Of a stretch of 62,265 nucleotides of DNA, positions 57,633 through 62,265 are shown in pieces. The translations under genes and the position numbers were made by a program. Location: IMG/VR virus record IMGVR_UViG_3300042291_000296, positions 1 to 62,265 of that record; one strand, written 5' to 3'. The notes beneath the pieces were generated by a model. That model searched no databases and was not told where the DNA came from. It saw only the letters and a program-made list of their open reading frames with translations. The stretch comes from a virus. Lineage: Duplodnaviria > Caudoviricetes. Position 1 is the stretch's first letter; every line of letters starts with the position of its first letter.

Positions 57633-57770
57633 TTAAAGGTTACAAAAAAAATCGTCATCAACAAATAGTGTTGCGCTAAAATATTCGTTTAGTTGTTCTA
57701 TTGTCATATCTTCTCTATCTGATAATTCAAATAGCTCGTCTTGGTTCAATTGGCTTATTGTTCTGTACAT
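57633..57770 (-). CDS. Small acidic early protein (45 aa)
   Basis: Translated by hand: MYRTISQLNQDELFEL...LFVDDDFFCNL. Confidence 0.6.
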   Translation of the reverse strand: MYRTISQLNQDELFELSDREDMTIEQLNEYFSATLFVDDDFFCNL

Positions 57771-57772
57771 GG

Positions 57773-57982
57773 TTATTTATAATTATGGTTTATTACTTCT
57801 ATTCCTACACGTATTCCGTATTGAATCTCTTCCATTATCCGTTCGTTAGTCAGAGCCATCGCTAGTGCTGATTGCTTCTGATTGTCTGTTAGGCTGTCGT
57901 CATCTACATCGTGGATGCTCCATAAATTGTCTACGTAATACCCTGCGTTGCGTAGTACTTCCTTTGCTTGTTCTGTTGTCAT
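57773..57982 (-). CDS. Small early protein
   Basis: AKEVLRNAGYYVDNLWSIHDV; preceded by the conserved leader. Confidence 0.65.
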   Translation of the reverse strand: MTTEQAKEVLRNAGYYVDNLWSIHDVDDDSLTDNQKQSALAMALTNERIMEEIQYGIRVGIEVINHNYK

Positions 57983-57994
57983 AGGTTCTAGGTT

Positions 57995-58168
57995 TTATTG
58001 GTTAGTAATTAATTCATAGTCTTCAATGTAATCTTGTATGTCTTCAGTTTGTGAGCCGTAATCACGCTCGTATACTTTATGGTTATTAATAGTAACAGAA
58101 AATATTTCACATGTGTTTTTTGAATTGCTGTCTACATATTCTTCGATTATAAATTGTGTAGTTCTCAT
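57995..58168 (-). CDS. Small early protein (57 aa)
   Basis: Translated by hand: MRTTQFIIEEYVD...; preceded by the conserved leader. Confidence 0.6.
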   Translation of the reverse strand: MRTTQFIIEEYVDSNSKNTCEIFSVTINNHKVYERDYGSQTEDIQDYIEDYELITNQ

Positions 58169-58180
58169 AGGTTCTAGGTT

Positions 58181-58405
58181 TTAAAATATTAATTTATCAA
58201 ATTCTGTGTACATATCTGCATACTCCATCGGGAATCTATCCTTCAATGCTTGGAGTAAGATATCGTTGTCAAATTCCTCGTAGCCATCTCGCTCTGCGTT
58301 AACGATTGGTTGGATGACCTCAGCTATTTGGTCATCGTCTAGTGTTGTTAATAGATAGAAGTCCTCGTCTATCCACGCTGTTGTGTTTATTCTAATTACT
58401 CTCAT
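58181..58405 (-). CDS. Small acidic early protein
   Basis: ORF preceded by the conserved leader. Confidence 0.65.
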   Translation of the reverse strand: MRVIRINTTAWIDEDFYLLTTLDDDQIAEVIQPIVNAERDGYEEFDNDILLQALKDRFPMEYADMYTEFDKLIF

Positions 58406-58417
58406 TTGTTCTAGGTT

Positions 58418-58684
58418 TTAAAGTTCATATTCGTTTCCATCCTCGTCATAATATACATCGTCATCAGTCTCTTCCCACTCCGTGTAGTAGTACAACTCCT
58501 CCTCGTAATAGTGGTTCATCATTGATTTGTCTGATTCAAAGTTTAGGTTTTCTTCTTTAGCCAAACCTTTCAACCATTCGATTAAGTGTTGCTTCTCAGA
58601 GAAGTGTAGGTCACCTGCTCCAACAACAAATCCTTCGTTCATGCCCACTCCTGTGGCATCACATTTTCTTGCATATCTGTCCAT
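58418..58684 (-). CDS. Small acidic early protein
   Basis: YARKCDATGVGMNEGF...YYYTEWE; very acidic C-terminus. Confidence 0.7.
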   Translation of the reverse strand: MDRYARKCDATGVGMNEGFVVGAGDLHFSEKQHLIEWLKGLAKEENLNFESDKSMMNHYYEEELYYYTEWEETDDDVYYDEDGNEYEL

Positions 58685-58698
58685 AAGTTCTAAGGGTT

Positions 58699-59049
58699 TT
58701 ATTGGTTAATAAATTTAGCTGTGTAATCTCTATCTGATATAGCCTTGTAATTGTCAGTATCGAACGGGTTCTTTACTACGTTTCTGAACTGCCGACCATT
58801 TGGCATGCTGTACTCGATGACATATCCTTGTGATTGTGAATAGTTGATAAAATAACCATCCCTGTCCGCTTGATTTCTGAACACCTGTACATCGTCAAGA
58901 AGAAATTGTACCTCTCTCATTGTAAAGTCTACAAGGATTGTCTCGTGTTCTAGCACACACTCTAAAGTTACCCTGTTGCCTACTATCTCGTGTACCTTGT
59001 GGTCACGACCTTTCATATCTCTGTGGTTTACATTTACGATTGCTCTCAT
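58699..59049 (-). CDS. Early protein
   Basis: ORF preceded by the conserved leader. Confidence 0.6.
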   Translation of the reverse strand: MRAIVNVNHRDMKGRDHKVHEIVGNRVTLECVLEHETILVDFTMREVQFLLDDVQVFRNQADRDGYFINYSQSQGYVIEYSMPNGRQFRNVVKNPFDTDNYKAISDRDYTAKFINQ

Positions 59050-59074
59050 AGGTTCTAGTTTTTAGTTTGGTTAG

Positions 59075-59248
59075 TTAATCTTGACAAGCATATATTACTT
59101 GCATCAAGCTATTGTATAAGAATTTTCCATTGTATGTCTCGCATCCAAATCGATTGATAGTGATGTCGTTATCACTTAGCTGTAGAGTGGTATAAGTTCC
59201 TGTGCGTTGACCATAGCTGTCAATGTCGCATACATAATAAGTTTTCAT
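59075..59248 (-). CDS. Small early protein (57 aa)
   Basis: Translated by hand: MKTYYVCDIDSYGQRTG...; preceded by the conserved leader. Confidence 0.6.
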   Translation of the reverse strand: MKTYYVCDIDSYGQRTGTYTTLQLSDNDITINRFGCETYNGKFLYNSLMQVIYACQD

Positions 59249-59253
59249 AGGTT

Positions 59254-59487
59254 CTATTTTTTATTTGGTTGAAACATACTCTTTTTAAATCTAATCAATT
59301 GACCCTCCGTGTACTTGAGTAGGTCTTCTAGCTTATCTCTATCAACGTCAATTATCCCGTGTATTGGATGCTTGATATCATTTATGCCACGAAAATTTAT
59401 GTTTCGTTTCAATTGCTCTATGATAGTTATCTCTCTGATGAATCCATCTGTCTTGTGGAATCCAATGTTGTTCATTCGCTCGTTCAT
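59254..59487 (-). CDS. Small early protein
   Basis: ORF preceded by the conserved leader. Confidence 0.6.
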   Translation of the reverse strand: MNERMNNIGFHKTDGFIREITIIEQLKRNINFRGINDIKHPIHGIIDVDRDKLEDLLKYTEGQLIRFKKSMFQPNKK

Positions 59488-59505
59488 AATTTCTAGGTTT
59501 TAGGT

Positions 59506-60021
59506 TTATAGTACTCTCTCTCTTACTAGCTCAAGGAAGTTTGTCTTAGCTACCAACTCTTCGATTGTATCAAATCGGTCATTAGAGCCGTTGTATTCGT
59601 ATTGTAGTTTTACACCTCGTGAGTATATGTTACCGAACGAATCTATTACGTCATTTAAACGAGCGACTTTTACCCTTACGATTACACAATCTGCATGGTG
59701 CGTTGAATGGTTTTTGTCTCGTCTAATCACTAGATCGGGTTGGTCGTAGTGACCATTCTCACTACCATACTTTTGAACTGATGCTGTAGGTAGGTCTGCT
59801 TTGAATAGATTCACTAAACGTATCGCCTCTTCGGTCGCTAGTTTATCCCATGCCTCCATATCAGCCTTTCTTCTAGCTAAATACTTTTCGATTTCATTTG
59901 TCTTATCGTTCAATGCATTTACGTTGATTAGATTGAACGTTGTAGTTGGTTTGTGCATAGCCTCAATTCTATTGATTTCGTTTACTAATGCATCAACGAT
60001 TTGCTGTTGGTTGGTTGTCAT
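59506..60021 (-). CDS. Early protein
   Basis: 171-aa ORF preceded by the conserved leader. Confidence 0.65.
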   Translation of the reverse strand: MTTNQQQIVDALVNEINRIEAMHKPTTTFNLINVNALNDKTNEIEKYLARRKADMEAWDKLATEEAIRLVNLFKADLPTASVQKYGSENGHYDQPDLVIRRDKNHSTHHADCVIVRVKVARLNDVIDSFGNIYSRGVKLQYEYNGSNDRFDTIEELVAKTNFLELVRERVL

Positions 60022-60033
60022 AATTTCTAGGTT

Positions 60034-60240
60034 TTATTGGTTAATATATCTCTCGTTAAATTGCTCTTGTGTTACCTCACTATTCTCTATGCCCAAGTTG
60101 AACGCTACCTCCGTAACAAATTCTCCGTTCTCAGGGTTCAAGATGCTATCAGGCCAATAGCCTGTGCATGTTTCGGTTTTGTTAATTATAGCACAACCGC
60201 TTAGGACTATCGTTGCTATTAAAATTGATATCGTTTTCAT
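60034..60240 (-). CDS. Small lipoprotein
   Basis: MKTISILIATIVLSGC lipobox. Confidence 0.65.
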   Translation of the reverse strand: MKTISILIATIVLSGCAIINKTETCTGYWPDSILNPENGEFVTEVAFNLGIENSEVTQEQFNERYINQ

Positions 60241-60250
60241 AGGGTTTAGT

Positions 60251-60463
60251 TTAAAATTCATTAATATGATTCTCTATTATATACTTGCAGTCAGATAGAG
60301 TAATGTAATGGTTGCAGTAATCATAATGACCTTGCATACCATCCAATTGTGATTCAACAAATAGCAACATCATCCATTGCCCATCTTCACTTTTTTCACA
60401 TTGGAATACTTTACCTTTGTTCTCTATCTTATAGATGCCCGTATTAATTCTAGTCACTTTCAT
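60251..60463 (-). CDS. Small early protein
   Basis: MKVTRINTGIY; leader variant upstream. Confidence 0.6.
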   Translation of the reverse strand: MKVTRINTGIYKIENKGKVFQCEKSEDGQWMMLLFVESQLDGMQGHYDYCNHYITLSDCKYIIENHINEF

Positions 60464-60468
60464 AGGCT

Positions 60469-60618
60469 CTAGTTTTGATGCCACACCTCGTCAAACACAT
60501 AGTTATAACGCCTTGTGGCATAGTTAATGAAATTGGTTAAATGACTCTCGTCTGTGAATGTTTTTCTCATAACTATCTGCTTCCCGCTGATGTTTATGAA
60601 TGTCAGTACTACCTCCAT
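60469..60618 (-). CDS. Small early protein
   Basis: MEVVLTF...KTFTDESHLTNFINY. Confidence 0.55.
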   Translation of the reverse strand: MEVVLTFINISGKQIVMRKTFTDESHLTNFINYATRRYNYVFDEVWHQN

Positions 60619-60716
60619 CCTCTTACTCTTAATTTGTTTGTTCTGATTAATACTCCCTCGTTGAAAAAGCCCCATATCTCAAAGGCTCCCTCGATTTTAA
60701 TGATTTTACTAGTCAT
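60609..60716 (-). CDS. Small early protein (35 aa) directly downstream of the hammerhead
   Basis: Translated by hand: MTSKIIKIEGAFEIWGFFNEGVLIRTNKLRVRGWR; conserved leader. Confidence 0.55.
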   Translation of the reverse strand: MTSKIIKIEGAFEIWGFFNEGVLIRTNKLRVRGWR

Positions 60717-60734
60717 TTTTTCTAGGTTTTAATT

Positions 60735-60785
60735 GGTTAAGACGCTTCACAGCGTTTCGGATATTGAATCCATCTTCAGTTAACC
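60735..60785 (-). ncRNA. Type I hammerhead ribozyme
   Basis: Minus strand GGUUAA-CUGAAGA-U-GGAU(UCAAU)AUCC-GAAA-CGC(UGUGAA)GCG-UC-UUAACC: complete core, three stems, GUC cleavage triplet. Confidence 0.9.
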
Positions 60786-60786
60786 T

Positions 60787-60891
60787 TTAGATGGAACAAT
60801 GAACACCGAATGTGATGACATTGTGGATGATAACTACTGCTAATAAAATAATACCGCTTAGCAAAACGATTGGGGCTGTTAGATTTTTCAT
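60787..60891 (-). CDS. Small single-TM early protein (34 aa)
   Basis: Translated by hand: MKNLTAPIVLLSGIILLAVVIIHNVITFGVHCSI; conserved leader. Confidence 0.55.
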   Translation of the reverse strand: MKNLTAPIVLLSGIILLAVVIIHNVITFGVHCSI

Positions 60892-60913
60892 TGTGTTAGG
60901 TTTTAATTGGTTA

Positions 60914-60960
60914 GTGGTGCAGTAGGTATCGCTCCTATTAATAGTCATTCTAACTGCACC
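60914..60960 (-). ncRNA. tRNA-like minihelix (acceptor stem + T-arm-like hairpin)
   Basis: GGTGCAG...TAGG-AGCGATA-CCTA-CTGCACC-A; no anticodon arm. Confidence 0.4.
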
Positions 60961-61560
60961 TGTATGTTGTTACTTGCACCACGCTTATATAGATGGAATT
61001 GAACCACCACAAGTAAATTGTTTTGTTTTGGCGGGAGCGTTAACACTCGTTCTCCCCTATCGTTTTTGTCTTGCAATCACTCTCTATGCCTCACTCTTTA
61101 AACATCTATCTATGTATCACCATAGCCTACCGACATTCATACCCTCGACATATACCATTTTGCATCGTGTACCTTTCCAATATCTAACATTTTTGATTTA
61201 AGCATTCATGTTCATTCTCAGTAGACTAATATTCCGTGCTCTTAATACTTTCATCTAGTCTATGTCATAATGACTGCTAGAACTAAGAGTCTTGTTGTTC
61301 ATCCCCATGTGTGTCGCTGTAAATCGCTGTTGGCTCGTTTGCCTTACATTACTATAATGCTATTTGTTTAAAAATGTTACACTTTGTTTGAAAGTTTTTT
61401 TTCAATTGACACGTTATTTTAACAAATATATGATGTATATCGTTGTGTATCAATGAGTTACATAGGTAAAAAATAATTGAAAATAGTTTGTTATTTTTTT
61501 GTAACGGATGGTGTAACCCCTCCACTACACCCGTGCGATTGGATTCGATGCATTCCTTTT

Positions 61561-61720
61561 GGTCGGTCGGTCGGTCGATAGGTCGACAGGTCGACAGGCA
61601 TACAGGTCGATTGGTCGGTCGGCAGACAGACATACAGGTAGGTCGGGCGACAGGTAGGTAGTTCGGTCGGCATATCGGGTGAGATAGGTAGCACAGGTGA
61701 GCGGGCGGAGGGGGGGGGTG
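61561..61720. repeat. Degenerate period-4 repeat (GGTC/GACA/GGCA/GGTA)n followed by a G run
   Basis: Read directly; GC-rich island at the early/late strand switch. Confidence 0.85.
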
Positions 61721-61915
61721 ATGTCACGTCAAACGTACACAGGTCTGCCCATGGAAAAGCTAGAAATTCCGACACGTAACTTCAAAAATGGAGACCCCCC
61801 CCTAAATTTCAAACCGTTTCCCTTCTGCGCTGGCTCACGTCAGATGGGTGTATTACCCAAAACCTATACATATCCAATCATATTTTTTTCATATCTTTGT
61901 AAAAAACAAAACATT

Positions 61916-62095
61916 ATGAAAAATAAAGATTCCAATCGATTAACTGTAGAAACAACTAAGCCTATGTTGAAAAAAAACGTTAAGAAGACAACTACAGTTG
62001 GTAGTTTCTCAGGTAAGAAAGAGGTAAGTTTTGCTAAAAACAGTGCAGGTCCCAGACCAGCTCCGATGATTAAGGTAGTAAAGAAACCTAATTAG
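61916..62095 (+). CDS. Small basic protein (59 aa)
   Basis: TATCTTTG box at 61892 and A-rich leader; K-rich. Confidence 0.6.
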   Translation: MKNKDSNRLTVETTKPMLKKNVKKTTTVGSFSGKKEVSFAKNSAGPRPAPMIKVVKKPN

Positions 62096-62265
62096 TATAT
62101 TTTCAAAAAAGTACATGAAGATACTGATATTACAGGTGGCAACACCTAATATAAAGGATTATTCTGTTTACTCTATCCCAATAAATATAAATTATTCTAT
62201 CAAGTGGGACTATGATTTTTTACTTTATACATCTAAAGAAGAAGAGCTAAATTATCATCCTGCTT
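62048..62265. repeat. Terminal direct overlap with 1-219
   Basis: See the first feature. Confidence 0.95.

Larger units (their letters stand above)
57618..60912 (-). repeat. Dispersed early-gene leader motif (AACCAAT)WAAAACCTAGAAMYTATG, about 13 copies
   Basis: Seen upstream of starts at 57620, 57982, 58168, 58405, 58684, 59049, 59248, 59487, 60021, 60240, 60463, 60716, 60891. Confidence 0.85.

Noticed and set aside
57618-60912. CRISPR array from the repeated early motif
   Set aside because: Repeats are degenerate and separated by whole ORFs of 100-500 bp; no cas genes.
61352-61775. ORFs 61352-61633 and 61491-61775 (minus)
   Set aside because: Their P/T/D/R repetitive translations are by-products of the tetramer repeat; no leader motif.
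1-62265. Alternative genetic code (stop-codon reassignment)
   Set aside because: Long genes are intact under code 11, and TAG, TGA and TAA all end genes with tight coupling; no suppressor tRNA.

Overview
This window looks like a complete, circularly assembled ~62.05 kb genome of a tailed dsDNA phage, probably podovirus-like, infecting a Bacteroidota (Flavobacteria-like) host. The ends overlap by ~218 bp. TAnnTTTG promoter boxes recur, and GroEL/GroES, terminase, portal, capsid, ring/muzzle and ejection proteins are arranged as I recall for Cellulophaga phi38:1-like phages. The plus strand (61916 to 45131 through the join) carries chaperonins, lysis, packaging and virion genes. The minus strand (60891 to 45381) carries small early genes, an origin-like inverted repeat, recombination/replication genes and a tRNA-Lys. 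I see no DNA polymerase, RNA polymerase or integrase. Most notable observations: (1) a cassette splitting the muzzle gene encodes a Cys-rich virion protein with four mucin-like poly-Thr tracts, translationally coupled to a glycosyltransferase resembling plant protein-O-glycosyltransferases; with a second GT and a 2OG-Fe(II) oxygenase elsewhere, this suggests a virion O-glycosylation system; (2) a canonical type I hammerhead ribozyme between the first two early genes; (3) two small genes overprinted in the +1 frame of linkers in the 3446-aa ejection protein, which also carries zincin, HhH-like and putative SAM-lyase-like domains, the last with a free-standing early paralog; (4) a conserved leader motif in front of about 13 early genes. 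All family assignments come from motif recognition by eye; no database search was run.
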